Shown here: positions 35,746 through 46,281 of the stretch, piece after piece | Position numbering within the stretch: position 1 is the stretch's first letter | How the letters are laid out: each line of letters begins with the position of its first letter | From: a virus | IMG/VR virus record: IMGVR_UViG_3300020048_000056 | Coordinates: 1-64,000 of that record | Direction: 5' to 3' (one strand) | DNA length: 64,000 bases | Made by a program: the position numbers and the translations under genes | The notes under the pieces: model-generated | Databases searched by the model: none | The model's input: only the letters and a program-made list of their open reading frames with translations | What the model was told of the DNA's origin: nothing

Positions 35746-36091
35746 TGCGATAGTCATTGCAATTATTGGAGTTCTAGCCGCTCCAGTAGCAGGTACACTT
35801 ACTTGGTTACTTAATCGTAAGAAACATATTTCTGATATTTATACTGCTATCAGCGATTCTTCTCAAACAGCCGTCGAAACCATGCAATTGACGATGAAGG
35901 AACTTCGTGAAGAACTTGTTCACGCTCGTGAGAAGATTGAAGAGATGATCCGCGAAAACGAACTACTTCGACAAGATTTACAGGTTCTAAAGAAGCAGAA
36001 TGAGATGTTAATGGAGCAGATTCACGATATGCGAGTTTTCTACGAGCAGTCACAACAGAATGACAGTTCGAACACCTTACCTCGCATTTAG
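35738..36091 (+). CDS. membrane-anchored coiled-coil protein
   Basis: N-terminal TM then heptad repeats; GAGG RBS before MDSAIV. Confidence 0.7.
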   Translation: MDSAIVIAIIGVLAAPVAGTLTWLLNRKKHISDIYTAISDSSQTAVETMQLTMKELREELVHAREKIEEMIRENELLRQDLQVLKKQNEMLMEQIHDMRVFYEQSQQNDSSNTLPRI

Positions 36092-36299
36092 ATATCTCTG
36101 TCATAATTGTTGACCAAGCATAATCAGAACGTATTAAATTAGACACACTAGCCTTCTTATCATCGTTTACATGGTCAAACTGTAAAGCAACTGCATGTTC
36201 ATTGTATCCACAATCGATACATCCAAGTTCCTTCTTAATTATTCCAGCAAGTCTCCACTTAGCAGCCCTCTTTCTGGCTCTAGGAGATACGAAATTCAT
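35850..36299 (-). CDS. HNH endonuclease
   Basis: GCIDCG...LQFDHV...EISKCEVRCSNCH. Confidence 0.8.
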   Translation of the reverse strand: MNFVSPRARKRAAKWRLAGIIKKELGCIDCGYNEHAVALQFDHVNDDKKASVSNLIRSDYAWSTIMTEISKCEVRCSNCHSVVTARRKLAYRESAPLTSHSASLEPVNLVEVVRFRGSSLQSSHEREQVLHEVPSSSIAWFRRLFEKNR

Positions 36300-36978
36300 T
36301 CCATGCCTTTACTGTGATTGGATAATGCTCTTTAACCATATCGTTAATCACTGTAGCATAGTCTACGATTTCACTTTGTGCCCCGTGACCTAAACGTAGG
36401 GAGCAGAAGTGAAGGAGAGCATTCAAACTAGCAGTCCATCTCCAACGCACATACATAGCGTATGCAGGAAGAAGGAGTCGTGCTTGCTCTGGTGCAATTC
36501 CATCTGCAAGCGCTTCTAAATAAAGACTGTGCCCCTCTGTAACCGTTCGGTTCATTGCTTGGTAGTACTTTGAGCCCTTGTACAGTCCAACGCTCTCACC
36601 GCTCCCCTGTTTGCGATCCTCAGGTGCTGAGCGCCATTGATCAGGACTCGGAACATAGAACTCTTCCTTCTCAGTAATGTACCTACGAGAAGACTCATTC
36701 CAACCAAGTTGATCGTCAAGATGAGTTGATGAAACTGCGTGCTTGTACCATTGCCGTGCTATCATCAGCGGGGCATAGACTTCAAAAGTCATAACACAAT
36801 GTCTCAAGGTAGAATCATGCTTATGTTTTACCAAGAAGTTGATTAACTTTTCATCTCCAAGAGATAATGAAGAGATTTCTTTATCAAAAGAAACCCTTGC
36901 ACTATTTACAACATCAAGATCAGATCCCATATTGTTAATTAGCCTTACATATCCATGATCAAGTACTGGAATTTCCAA
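36280..36978 (-). CDS. thyX: flavin-dependent thymidylate synthase
   Basis: VLDHGYVRL, VNSARVS, RQWYKH...WNESSRRY, PEQARLLLP, LRL..GAQ.EI motifs. Confidence 0.93.
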   Translation of the reverse strand: MEIPVLDHGYVRLINNMGSDLDVVNSARVSFDKEISSLSLGDEKLINFLVKHKHDSTLRHCVMTFEVYAPLMIARQWYKHAVSSTHLDDQLGWNESSRRYITEKEEFYVPSPDQWRSAPEDRKQGSGESVGLYKGSKYYQAMNRTVTEGHSLYLEALADGIAPEQARLLLPAYAMYVRWRWTASLNALLHFCSLRLGHGAQSEIVDYATVINDMVKEHYPITVKAWNEFRIS

Positions 36979-37169
36979 GGAAATAACCTTTCATCTCTAG
37001 ACCCTTCGGGTCTTTATTGGTTTAACTAGGAAGAACATTCTCTTTTTTCTTTCTTCTCTTAAAGACAAGTATAGCCATCATTTGTAGAGGTTGTCAAGTT
37101 GAGAAGATAACATTTCTATAACGCTTATAACCTGATATAATTAAATTAAAATTAAGGAGGCTTTTCTAT

Positions 37170-37520
37170 ATGATACCAGGCAAGTATAACATTCTATGCC
37201 CTCAAGGGTCAACTCTTGACGACCTTGTTTTTACTTATAGCATCGACAGTGTAATTGTTGATCTTTTTGGTTGGACTGCAAGAATGCAAGTCAGGGAGAA
37301 GTATTCCAGTTACTCAGCAATTCTTAGTTTGACTACTGAAAATGATGGCATCTTCTTGGGTGGAGTAGATGGAACAATAATCTTGAATATTTCAGCACTT
37401 CAAACATCTGCAATAGTAGCCAAAGAATATGTGTATGATATTGAATTGATTAATCCAAGTACATATCCATATAGATTTTTAGAAGGCAAATTCATAGTAA
37501 CTCCAGAGGTGACTAGGTAG
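37170..37520 (+). CDS. virion structural protein (BppU-N-like Ig fold)
   Basis: GKYNI..PQGST...TARMQVR...YVYDIEL...LEGKFIVTPEVTR. Confidence 0.75.
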   Translation: MIPGKYNILCPQGSTLDDLVFTYSIDSVIVDLFGWTARMQVREKYSSYSAILSLTTENDGIFLGGVDGTIILNISALQTSAIVAKEYVYDIELINPSTYPYRFLEGKFIVTPEVTR

Positions 37521-37990
37521 TGACAAGTGTTGCAACTGTCTATCAACCAGAAGTTAACGTATCCTCAGAAGATTCTAAGGTAAGCGTAAACGTATGTGAA
37601 ACAGTTGTACAAATTACTACTGGCAATGCTGGTCCCCAAGGACCAAGAGGAACACAGGTTCTTTCTGGAGTTGAAGATCCATCAATAGTTATTGGATTAG
37701 TAGGGGACCAATACCTTAATGTAGAATCAGGTTTTCTGTTTGGACCAAAAACAGAATTAGGTTGGGGAGATGGCATTGCATTTGGTTTAACATTAAGTCA
37801 AGTCTCATATGTTCATTATCAAACTTCAGCCGCCTCAGTTTGGACTATTGAGCATGATTTGCTTTTTGTTCCAAACATAACAGTAGTCGATTTAGATGGG
37901 AAGGTTGTTGAGGGTGATTATCAGTACAGTGGAAGTACAATAATTGCTACGTTTTCTCAATCCATTCTGGGCGCGGCTTACTTATCATGA
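37520..37990 (+). CDS. minor tail/virion protein
   Basis: GPQGPRG, HYQ..A..VWTI.H.L...P.ITVVD motif. Confidence 0.7.
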   Translation: MTSVATVYQPEVNVSSEDSKVSVNVCETVVQITTGNAGPQGPRGTQVLSGVEDPSIVIGLVGDQYLNVESGFLFGPKTELGWGDGIAFGLTLSQVSYVHYQTSAASVWTIEHDLLFVPNITVVDLDGKVVEGDYQYSGSTIIATFSQSILGAAYLS

Positions 37991-38006
37991 ATGGAGATGA
38001 ATAAAA

Positions 38007-39800
38007 ATGTCTAAAAGATTTCTTACACACATTGATTTAGCAGGAAATCAACTTATTAAGTCTTCCTTCGAAAAACTTTCTGCCGATCCAGTTGCAGATC
38101 TTTTTGAGGGAAGAATGTACTACAACACCACATCCGACACCATAAAAGTTTACACTGGTTCTGCTTGGGCTGGTATAGGTGCAGATCTTAGTGTAGTTGG
38201 AACAACCAATGAAGTTACAGTGTCTACAGTTTCAGGAGTTGCAACAGTAGGACTACCAAATACAATATATGCCGATGTTGTTGGTGCTTTAAGTGGAAAT
38301 GCTACGACAGCAACCACAGCAACCACAGCAAATGGAGTGGCCGTAAACTCCGTAGCATTGACTACCGACACAACTGGAGATTATGTTGCCACAATCGGAG
38401 GTACAGATGGAGTAAGTGTTTCTGGATCTGGAACTGAAGGAAGAGCAGCAACAATTGCCAACACAGATAAGGGTTCCTCACAGAATATTTTTAAGAATGT
38501 TGCTGTTGATGGAGTAACGCTTGTTGCAGATACCAATGATGATACTGTTACTTTTGCAGGAGGAACAGGAATAACTGTTTCTGGAAATGCAACAACGGAC
38601 ACTTTAACAATCACTAACTCTGGTGCTACATCTATCATTGGAACAGCAAATCAAATTGCTGCAAGTTCCTCTACTGGAGCAGTTACTTTATCACTTCCAA
38701 GTGCCGTTACCTTCCCAGGAACCGTAACCCTTAATGCTGATCCATTGTCTGCTCTACAAGCAGCAACAAAGCAGTATGTAGATACTGTTGCATCAGGTCT
38801 TAACCTTCATGCTCCAGTAGTTGCTGCTACCCCTGCAACATTGGCTAGCATTACAGGAGGATCAGTTACATATGCCAATGGAACTTCAGGAGTTGGAGCA
38901 ACCCTAACATTAGGAACTGCATTAACTACATTAGATTTAATTCCATTAACAAATGGTGCAAGAATCCTTGTAAAAAATGAAGCCACTCAAGCAAATAACG
39001 GTGTCTATACTTGGGCAACAGGAGGAACTGTATTAACAAGAGCAGATGATTTTGACCAAGTATCGGAAATTAAAGGTGGAGACTTTGTTTTCGTTCAAGG
39101 TGGAACAGTAAATAATAATACTGGTTGGGTTCAAGTAGAAACAGTTACTATTGTTGGCACTAGTAATGTTATCTTTGAACAATTCTCTGGTGCAGGTACT
39201 TATACCGCTGGAAATGGATTAACTCTAACTGGAACAGCATTTAGTATTAATACATCTATTACAGCAGATTTAAATACTGGACAAACATTTACAAACAAAA
39301 CTTTGACAAGTCCAGTAATCAATAATCCAACAGTTGCTGGCCTATACCTATCTGATAACAACATTGTTATTGAAGGAACAGCAGATGCATTTGAAACTAC
39401 ACTTACATTTACTGATCCAACAGCAGATAGATCAATAACATTTAAAAATGAAAGTGGAACTGTTGCATATACCGCAGACATTACTTCTGCTGTTGATGCC
39501 ATTACAACAACGGCTATTGAAGAAGGAACAAATTTATACTACACAGATACTCGTGTAAACAGCGTTCTTTCTACGGGATGGTATACCAAAAAAATATCTG
39601 CAAGCGTAGGTAATGCATCAGGTACATCTTTTGGTGTTTCTCATAATCTGGGAACAAGAGATGTTCAGGTACAAGTATATGACAATGCTACATGGGATAC
39701 TGTAGAATGTGATGTAGTTCGTACAGACACAAATACAGTGACAGTATCATTTGCAATTGCTCCAACGCTCAATGCTTATAGAGTGGTAGTCGTTGGATAA
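38007..39800 (+). CDS. tail fibre/minor tail protein
   Basis: AATKQYVD, RILVKNE...NGVY, TRADDFD motifs; C-terminal HNLGTRDV domain. Confidence 0.8.
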   Translation: MSKRFLTHIDLAGNQLIKSSFEKLSADPVADLFEGRMYYNTTSDTIKVYTGSAWAGIGADLSVVGTTNEVTVSTVSGVATVGLPNTIYADVVGALSGNATTATTATTANGVAVNSVALTTDTTGDYVATIGGTDGVSVSGSGTEGRAATIANTDKGSSQNIFKNVAVDGVTLVADTNDDTVTFAGGTGITVSGNATTDTLTITNSGATSIIGTANQIAASSSTGAVTLSLPSAVTFPGTVTLNADPLSALQAATKQYVDTVASGLNLHAPVVAATPATLASITGGSVTYANGTSGVGATLTLGTALTTLDLIPLTNGARILVKNEATQANNGVYTWATGGTVLTRADDFDQVSEIKGGDFVFVQGGTVNNNTGWVQVETVTIVGTSNVIFEQFSGAGTYTAGNGLTLTGTAFSINTSITADLNTGQTFTNKTLTSPVINNPTVAGLYLSDNNIVIEGTADAFETTLTFTDPTADRSITFKNESGTVAYTADITSAVDAITTTAIEEGTNLYYTDTRVNSVLSTGWYTKKISASVGNASGTSFGVSHNLGTRDVQVQVYDNATWDTVECDVVRTDTNTVTVSFAIAPTLNAYRVVVVG

Positions 39801-39807
39801 TCTTGAT

Positions 39808-39840
39808 GAGAGGGGAGGATACTACTCTGTTCTCCCCTCC
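39808..39840. terminator. stem-loop terminator
   Basis: gaggggagga...ttctcccctc. Confidence 0.55.
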
Positions 39841-39864
39841 ACAAGAGAAAGGTATAATTAACTT

Positions 39865-41517
39865 ATGACAAAGAGATTACTTAGTACTCAGAAGACGGTA
39901 AACCTATCTACTGATCCAGCAACTGGCGTATCTGGAGAAACATATTTTAATACTACTAATAAAATATTCAGATACCATAATGGAACATCTTGGTTATCAA
40001 GTAGTGGAACAATAATATCCGATACTGCTCCATCTTCACCAGCAGAAGGAATGCTTTGGTTTGATAGTACAAATGGTAAAACCTATATTTATTATAGTTC
40101 TGCTTGGGTAGAAATTGGAAATACTACAGCCATTCCAGATCAAACAGGTAATGATGGATCACTGCTTATAACTAATGGATCATCAACTTCTTGGTCTAAA
40201 GCATTCTATGACCATACAGATCCAGACATTCCTTCAGAAATATTTATAGGAAGTGGTTATGCAACCATACAAGCAGCCAACATGATAACGGGATCTTTCC
40301 AATCAGTTGAACTCACTGCGGGCCGAATTAAAAATAGCGTTGATAGTTTAGATGCAATGGGAAATGGATATACTCATCTTCTAGCAAATGAATCTACAGT
40401 TGATTATGGAATATATTTATCAGAAGGAGGAATTGCAACTATATCTGCTGCAAATATAAATCTTGTAGGAATAGCAAGTTCTGCAACAGCAGCAGTAGAT
40501 ACAAATACAACTCAAGTAGCGACTACTGCTTATGTAGTAGGCCAAGGGTACTTAAAGTCTGCAACTGCTACTTCTACATATGCTCCCATTGCCTCTCCAG
40601 CAATTACTGGAAATGCCACAATATTGGATAATAGTTCAAGTCCTGCTTTAAAAATTACGCAAACTGGGGCAGGAGTTGCTTTATTAGTTGAAGATATTGC
40701 TAGTGTGGATTCTAGTCCATTTATTATTGATAAAGATGGAAAAGTTGGTATTGGAACAACATCCCCATCTACGCTTAAATCAGGAACGGTCCACCTCTCC
40801 TCAACAACTTCAGAAATTCGTATTGAATCATCAGATAGTACAACGGGTATTCCAAACTCATTATTAAATATTAAAAGAGCGGCTACTCGTTCAGGTGGTA
40901 TATCCTTTACTGACCTATCTGATACAGAGGTAGCCTTTATGGGAATACCATATAATGCTGGATCAACTTCTGATTCTATTATTATTCGTACTGCAACAGT
41001 TGAACGTATGCGTATTACAAGTACTGGCAATGTTGGTATTGGGACGGCTAATCCTCAAGCACAACTACATGTCCAAGGTACAAGTAATTACCGGCAATGG
41101 CTTCAATCCCATGCCACTAGCGTTAAAAGCCTATTCGTTCGGGCTAATGGGACTGCGGTTGCGCCTACTACCGTCTTGGCTGGTGAAGCAATTGGGTCAT
41201 TAGAGTTCTTTGGGTATGACGGAGCGGCTAATCAACCGGCGGCACAGATTGTTGCGGCGATTGATGGATCTCCCGGTGCTGGGGACATGCCGGGTCGTAT
41301 GGTGTTTAACACGACTCCTGATGGCTCGGCTACCCCTGCTGAACGAATGCGTATCACTGCCGCTGGCAATGTCGGTATTGGCATGACCCCTGTTTATAAA
41401 CTTGATGTAAATGGTACAATAAATGCGACAGAGATTCTTGTGAATGGCGCAGCAATAACTGCTGTTGTTAGTTATGAAACTGATCAAGCAGTTTTGTCAC
41501 AAAGAATATTTACATAG
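39865..41517 (+). CDS. tail fibre protein
   Basis: ERMRIT..GNVGIGT repeats, TNTTQVATTAYV motif; leaderless. Confidence 0.8.
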   Translation: MTKRLLSTQKTVNLSTDPATGVSGETYFNTTNKIFRYHNGTSWLSSSGTIISDTAPSSPAEGMLWFDSTNGKTYIYYSSAWVEIGNTTAIPDQTGNDGSLLITNGSSTSWSKAFYDHTDPDIPSEIFIGSGYATIQAANMITGSFQSVELTAGRIKNSVDSLDAMGNGYTHLLANESTVDYGIYLSEGGIATISAANINLVGIASSATAAVDTNTTQVATTAYVVGQGYLKSATATSTYAPIASPAITGNATILDNSSSPALKITQTGAGVALLVEDIASVDSSPFIIDKDGKVGIGTTSPSTLKSGTVHLSSTTSEIRIESSDSTTGIPNSLLNIKRAATRSGGISFTDLSDTEVAFMGIPYNAGSTSDSIIIRTATVERMRITSTGNVGIGTANPQAQLHVQGTSNYRQWLQSHATSVKSLFVRANGTAVAPTTVLAGEAIGSLEFFGYDGAANQPAAQIVAAIDGSPGAGDMPGRMVFNTTPDGSATPAERMRITAAGNVGIGMTPVYKLDVNGTINATEILVNGAAITAVVSYETDQAVLSQRIFT

Positions 41518-41525
41518 GAGGAATA

Positions 41526-41885
41526 ATGGCTGTATTTAGTAAAACGATTCTTTCTGGTTCAACGGATGGTCGTGCCGTTAAGGTTGTTGCTACAGCAACT
41601 GCGGGTACAACAATTCATACTGGATCAGCGACTGCTGCAACGTTGCATGAGGTTTGGCTATATGCTCAAAACACTAGTACTGCTGCCGTTAAATTAACGG
41701 TTCAATGGGGTGGTACTACTTCGCCTGATGATGATATTGAGTTGACTGTGCAAGCGGAATCAGGACTTGTATTGGTTGCTCCAGGACTTCTAATTAAGGG
41801 AAATGCCACTCCGCTTGTGATTCGTGCATTTGCGGCAACGGCTAACGTTATTACTATTCATGGTTTTGTGAATGTTATTGCGTAA
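41526..41885 (+). CDS. fibre-associated small virion protein
   Basis: LSGSTDGR...HEVWLYA...GFVN; AGGAGG RBS. Confidence 0.7.
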   Translation: MAVFSKTILSGSTDGRAVKVVATATAGTTIHTGSATAATLHEVWLYAQNTSTAAVKLTVQWGGTTSPDDDIELTVQAESGLVLVAPGLLIKGNATPLVIRAFAATANVITIHGFVNVIA

Positions 41886-42880
41886 TGAGATATCCACGCA
41901 CACCATCGTTACCAGTTAGTGCTACGTCTTATGGGCGTGGAGTACAGCCAGCGTATGTTTCTATACCTTTAGTTGTTCAGTATTTGGTAATTGGTGGCGG
42001 GGCTTCTGGTGGTTTTGGAAATATCCAAGTTTCTGGAGGCGGGGGCGGTGCTGGTGGATATCGCTGTAGTTTTAATGGGGACAACTCTGGCACAAATGTT
42101 GGTGCTGAAATTGCTTTAGTTCTTTCCACAGGCTCATTTTTTCCAGTAAAAGTTGGAACTGGTGGGGCAACTGTTGGTCCAGCCACTGTACTTGCTGGCA
42201 ATATTGTTGCTGGCCTTAATGGAAATCCTTCTTCTTTCGGTCCCATTGAAAGCATCGGAGGTGGTGGCGGTGGAGCCGCTGCTAACGTAGCAACTCCTGC
42301 CTCAAACGGCGGTTCTGGTGGCGGCGGTGGTGCTGCTGCAACATCGGGTGTAGTTGGAAATGGGACCGTAGGCCAAGGGAAAATGGGCGGTACTGGATTT
42401 CCAAGCGCGACTGTAACTGTTAGATCGGCTGGTGGTGGTGGAGGAGCAGGCTTTGTTGGAGTTAATGGGGCAAGCACCGTTGGTGGAAATGGTGGCGCTG
42501 GAATAGCCTCATCTATTACTGGCACTTCTATAACCCGTGGCGGCGGTGGGGGCGGGTCTACCACGTTAAACGGTGGCGGTACTCAAGGAACTGGTGGCTC
42601 TGGCGGTGGTGGTGCTGCTTCGGTTGGTAACGTTTTGCCAGGTAACGGTTCCGCTAATACTGGTGGTGGTGGTGGTGGTATTTCTAATAATAATACCGTT
42701 GGTGGAGGAACGGTGGGAAGTGGATCGGGTGGATCAGGGGTAGTTATTATCAGGTATCCAGATGTTTATACTGCGATATTTTCTGCTGGTGTTACTCAGA
42801 CAACAGCAACTAGTGGACGTTTTAAAGTATCTACAATTACAGCGACTTCTACAATAAATGAAACGGTGACATTTAAATGA
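41885..42880 (+). CDS. glycine-rich adhesin/tail tip protein
   Basis: YLVIGGG.SGG...GGGGAGG, GGSGVVIIRY motifs. Confidence 0.8.
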   Translation: MRYPRTPSLPVSATSYGRGVQPAYVSIPLVVQYLVIGGGASGGFGNIQVSGGGGGAGGYRCSFNGDNSGTNVGAEIALVLSTGSFFPVKVGTGGATVGPATVLAGNIVAGLNGNPSSFGPIESIGGGGGGAAANVATPASNGGSGGGGGAAATSGVVGNGTVGQGKMGGTGFPSATVTVRSAGGGGGAGFVGVNGASTVGGNGGAGIASSITGTSITRGGGGGGSTTLNGGGTQGTGGSGGGGAASVGNVLPGNGSANTGGGGGGISNNNTVGGGTVGSGSGGSGVVIIRYPDVYTAIFSAGVTQTTATSGRFKVSTITATSTINETVTFK

Positions 42881-42998
42881 GAGTATCAGTATATGCCATT
42901 GCTAAGAATAAGTAGTAAAGAAGTTATCAGGCTTTATCTATTAAATCCATATGTGAGGGTAATATAAAAATATGAAATTCTATATGAGAATGGTATAA
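42877..42998 (+). pseudogene. possible remnant of a glycosyltransferase gene
   Basis: ATGA-coupled MRVSVYAIAKNK* resembling a GT2 N-terminus, then fragments in two frames. Confidence 0.35.
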
Positions 42999-43005
42999 TT
43001 TATTT

Positions 43006-44568
43006 ATGTCAGTTAGAATTCAAATGCGTAGGGATACCGCTGCCAATTGGACGGCAAATAATCCCATCCTTGCAGCAGGGGAAATGGGCCTAGATACCAC
43101 AAACAATACTTGGAAAATTGGTGATGGTGCTAAAACATGGTCATTGTTGACATACTCAAATGCCACATTTGGACCTTCATCATTAACTGGTAATACTACA
43201 ATTCCTGTTCTTTCAATTAGTCAAGTAGGTTCTGGTCCTGCCCTTCTTGTAGAAGATTCTACTTCTGTAGATACTGATCCTTTCATTATTACTTCATCAG
43301 GGGATGTTGGTATGGGTACACTAACTCCCTCAGCCAAACTAGATGTAGTTGGTAATGCAAGATTCTCAGGACAAATTACATCTCTAGTCGCTACAAGTTC
43401 TCCACCACTCATTGTTGCATCAACGACGGTAGTTACTAATCTTAATGCTGATCTATTAGATGGACAACATGGAAGTTATTATGCTCCCCTTGCTTCTCCA
43501 GCACTTACTGGAAGTCCAACAATCTTAGCAAACACAAGTACTCCAGCATTAACTATTACTCAGACTGGGGCAGGCGCAGCACTTTTGGTGGAAGATTCTG
43601 CATCTATTGATAGCACTCCTGTTGTTATTGATACAAATGGCAGGCTTGGTATTGGGACAACGACTCCCGCTTCTCTCCTGCATATTGAATCGGATGCGGC
43701 ACATCATGTTAGATTTATTAAGAACTCTACAGACGCACAACCTGTTTACCTGATGTTTAGGAAGCGTAGGGGCACGGCTGCCGCCCCAACAATTGTTGCT
43801 GCTAACGACTACTTGGGGATCACCCAATATCTTGCATATGACGGTGCATCTGATCAGGCTGTGGCATCAATTTCTGTGCAGGTTGATGGGACTCCTGCTG
43901 CTGGTGATGTACCTACTCGTATGTGGTTTGCTACGACTCCCGCTGGTTCTTCTACTCCAGTATCACGAATGAATATTGCTAGTACTGGAATAGTGACCAT
44001 TACTGGTACTGTTCCTGCTGTAGACACAAATACTACTCAGGTAGCGACTACTGCATTTGTGGTTGGTCAAGGGTACTTAAAGTCGGCCACGGCTTCTTCA
44101 ACCTATGCCCCACTTGCTTCTCCCACATTGACTGGTACTCCATTATCTACCACTGCTGCTATAGGTACAAATACAACACAGATAGCCACTACTGCATTTG
44201 TAAATCAACGTGAAGAATTTCTTGAGATTGCTCTTTCTGATGAAATTACCGCTATTACTACGGGGGTAGCCAAAGTAACATTACGTGCTCCATATGCTAT
44301 GACTCTTACCCAAATTCCAAGGTCAAACGTAAATACTGCTTCTTCTTCTGGTATTCCTACAGTAGACATTAAGGTTACTGGAACCACAATTCTAGGTGCC
44401 GCCAAATTAACTATCGATGCTACTGAAAAGACTTCTACTACAGCAGCAACTCCAACAACATTAGTCACATCAACTATTGCTGATGATGCTGAAATCACCT
44501 TTGATGTTACTGTCGCGGGTACAGGAACCAAGGGACTTAAAGTAATTATATATTACAGAAGGACATAA
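43006..44568 (+). CDS. tail fibre with Mtd-N-like N-terminal domain
   Basis: RIQMRRDTAANW...NPILAAGEMG.DT...KIGDG..W; NADLLDGQHGSYY; leaderless. Confidence 0.85.
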   Translation: MSVRIQMRRDTAANWTANNPILAAGEMGLDTTNNTWKIGDGAKTWSLLTYSNATFGPSSLTGNTTIPVLSISQVGSGPALLVEDSTSVDTDPFIITSSGDVGMGTLTPSAKLDVVGNARFSGQITSLVATSSPPLIVASTTVVTNLNADLLDGQHGSYYAPLASPALTGSPTILANTSTPALTITQTGAGAALLVEDSASIDSTPVVIDTNGRLGIGTTTPASLLHIESDAAHHVRFIKNSTDAQPVYLMFRKRRGTAAAPTIVAANDYLGITQYLAYDGASDQAVASISVQVDGTPAAGDVPTRMWFATTPAGSSTPVSRMNIASTGIVTITGTVPAVDTNTTQVATTAFVVGQGYLKSATASSTYAPLASPTLTGTPLSTTAAIGTNTTQIATTAFVNQREEFLEIALSDEITAITTGVAKVTLRAPYAMTLTQIPRSNVNTASSSGIPTVDIKVTGTTILGAAKLTIDATEKTSTTAATPTTLVTSTIADDAEITFDVTVAGTGTKGLKVIIYYRRT

Positions 44569-44570
44569 TT

Positions 44571-45404
44571 ATGGGTGGAATTCTAATGAATCCTTATAGA
44601 CATAAATCTCCTTGGAATTTAGCAACTGGTGGTAATACAGTTAACACTGTGACTAATTACAATGGTACTGGACAAACTTGGAATGTTCATAGTTTTACCG
44701 ATACTGGCATTGGATCTTTTAATATTATTAATGGTCCAAATCCATTTACATATTTACTTATTGCTGGAGGCGGTGGGGCTCTTGGTAGTGGAACTTACGG
44801 TGGTGGAGGAGGAGCAGGAGGATACTTGACTGGATCAACATCATTAACTAATGGATCTATATCTTTGTCTGTTGGAATTGGAGGAGGTGGAAGCACACAA
44901 GGAGGTGGTAGCACTTTTGGATCTATCGTTACAATTGGAGGTGGATCTCAAGGAGGAGTCGGAGGCTCTGGAGGTGGGGGACAAGGATACTGGCCTTATG
45001 CTCCTGGCGTGGGTACTGCGGGGCAAGGTAATACAGGAGGAACAGGTGCCAGTGGAATTAAATCATCAGGTGGTGGTGGAGGAGCAGGGGCAGTAGGAGG
45101 TGCCGCCGCTTCTAGGGCAGGAAATGGAGGATCAGGTCTTTCTAGTTCAATAACTGGAATATCCGTAGTACGCGCAGGAGGAGGTGGAGGCGGATCAGAT
45201 GCAGAATCAGGAGCAGGAGGTACTGGTGCAGGATCTGGAGGATCTGGTGGCGGGGGTAACGGAGGATTTAATACTTTTCCGGCTGCCTCCAATGGTGGCA
45301 GCGGCGCTGCAAACACTGGTTCTGGTGGTGGAGGAGGAAGTCAGGCAGGATCAGGAGGTGTAGGAGGATCAGGAATAATTATAATTGCTTATCAGATAGC
45401 ATAA
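44571..45404 (+). CDS. glycine-rich adhesin/tail tip protein
   Basis: ATGG..VHSFT, YLLIAGGGG, GGSGIIIIAY. Confidence 0.8.
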   Translation: MGGILMNPYRHKSPWNLATGGNTVNTVTNYNGTGQTWNVHSFTDTGIGSFNIINGPNPFTYLLIAGGGGALGSGTYGGGGGAGGYLTGSTSLTNGSISLSVGIGGGGSTQGGGSTFGSIVTIGGGSQGGVGGSGGGGQGYWPYAPGVGTAGQGNTGGTGASGIKSSGGGGGAGAVGGAAASRAGNGGSGLSSSITGISVVRAGGGGGGSDAESGAGGTGAGSGGSGGGGNGGFNTFPAASNGGSGAANTGSGGGGGSQAGSGGVGGSGIIIIAYQIA

Positions 45405-45435
45405 ACATAAGTGATATAATCTTATTAGGTAAATT

Positions 45436-46266
45436 ATGACTCAATCTATAGGAACAACCTATCTATCAACAATCGCTACTCTAAGCGATAAAGCAACCAT
45501 TGTTGAAGCATTTCAATATTATCATTTAGGTGGTCTTACAGGATCTGTAGAAGAGAACAGTATAGAGAAGCGACTTGTAGATATAAATGCCCGTGCAGGC
45601 ACAATAGAGACAAATTTGGGGTACGGAGAACTACCTTTGCCCTCTCCAGTAAACACAAGACTTACTGCTCTTGAAGTTGCAACTGGAGGAGGAACATTAT
45701 CCTCTACTTATCTTAAAATGATCCCCACTAGCATTAATCCAAACCTAGTCACTCCAGCAACAAGTTCAGTAGTTCCTATGACAATTCAAGGGGTAGTTGG
45801 TCAATCAGCAAACCTTCAAGAATGGAAAACTAGTGCTACCTCAGTAGCCTATGTAGATCCAATTGGAAAAATTTATTCAAGCAATGGGGGGGCAGTAGCA
45901 GAAGTAGCCACTATTTCTGGAACACAAACACTAACTGATAAAAGATATGTTGTTGGAATAAATCCAAGAACTGCATCCTATCTTTTACAACTAACAGATC
46001 AAAGTAAAGTTGTTGAAGTTAATTCATCATCAACAACATATGTTTCAATTCCTGGAAATGCAAACGTGGCTTTTCCAGTTGGAACATACATTGTTGTTTT
46101 GCAAACTGGTACAGGACAAGTAATAATAGATGGACAAATAAATGTTGGGTGGACGGTAGTTATTAATGCAACCCCAGGTCTTAAGGCCAGAACTCAATGG
46201 TCAATGATAACTTTAATTAAAAGAGCAACAAATACGTGGGTCGTTGCTGGAGATCTAGTAGCATAA
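45436..46266 (+). CDS. minor tail protein
   Basis: Y.L.LTD..K...FPVGT.I...QTGTGQV...QWS..TLIKRATNTWVVAGDL domain. Confidence 0.75.
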   Translation: MTQSIGTTYLSTIATLSDKATIVEAFQYYHLGGLTGSVEENSIEKRLVDINARAGTIETNLGYGELPLPSPVNTRLTALEVATGGGTLSSTYLKMIPTSINPNLVTPATSSVVPMTIQGVVGQSANLQEWKTSATSVAYVDPIGKIYSSNGGAVAEVATISGTQTLTDKRYVVGINPRTASYLLQLTDQSKVVEVNSSSTTYVSIPGNANVAFPVGTYIVVLQTGTGQVIIDGQINVGWTVVINATPGLKARTQWSMITLIKRATNTWVVAGDLVA

Positions 46267-46281
46267 TGGTATAATTTTACT

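Noticed and set aside
41977-45316. Minus-strand Pro-rich ORFs (41977..42564, 44996..45316)
   Set aside because: Antisense shadows of glycine-rich genes.
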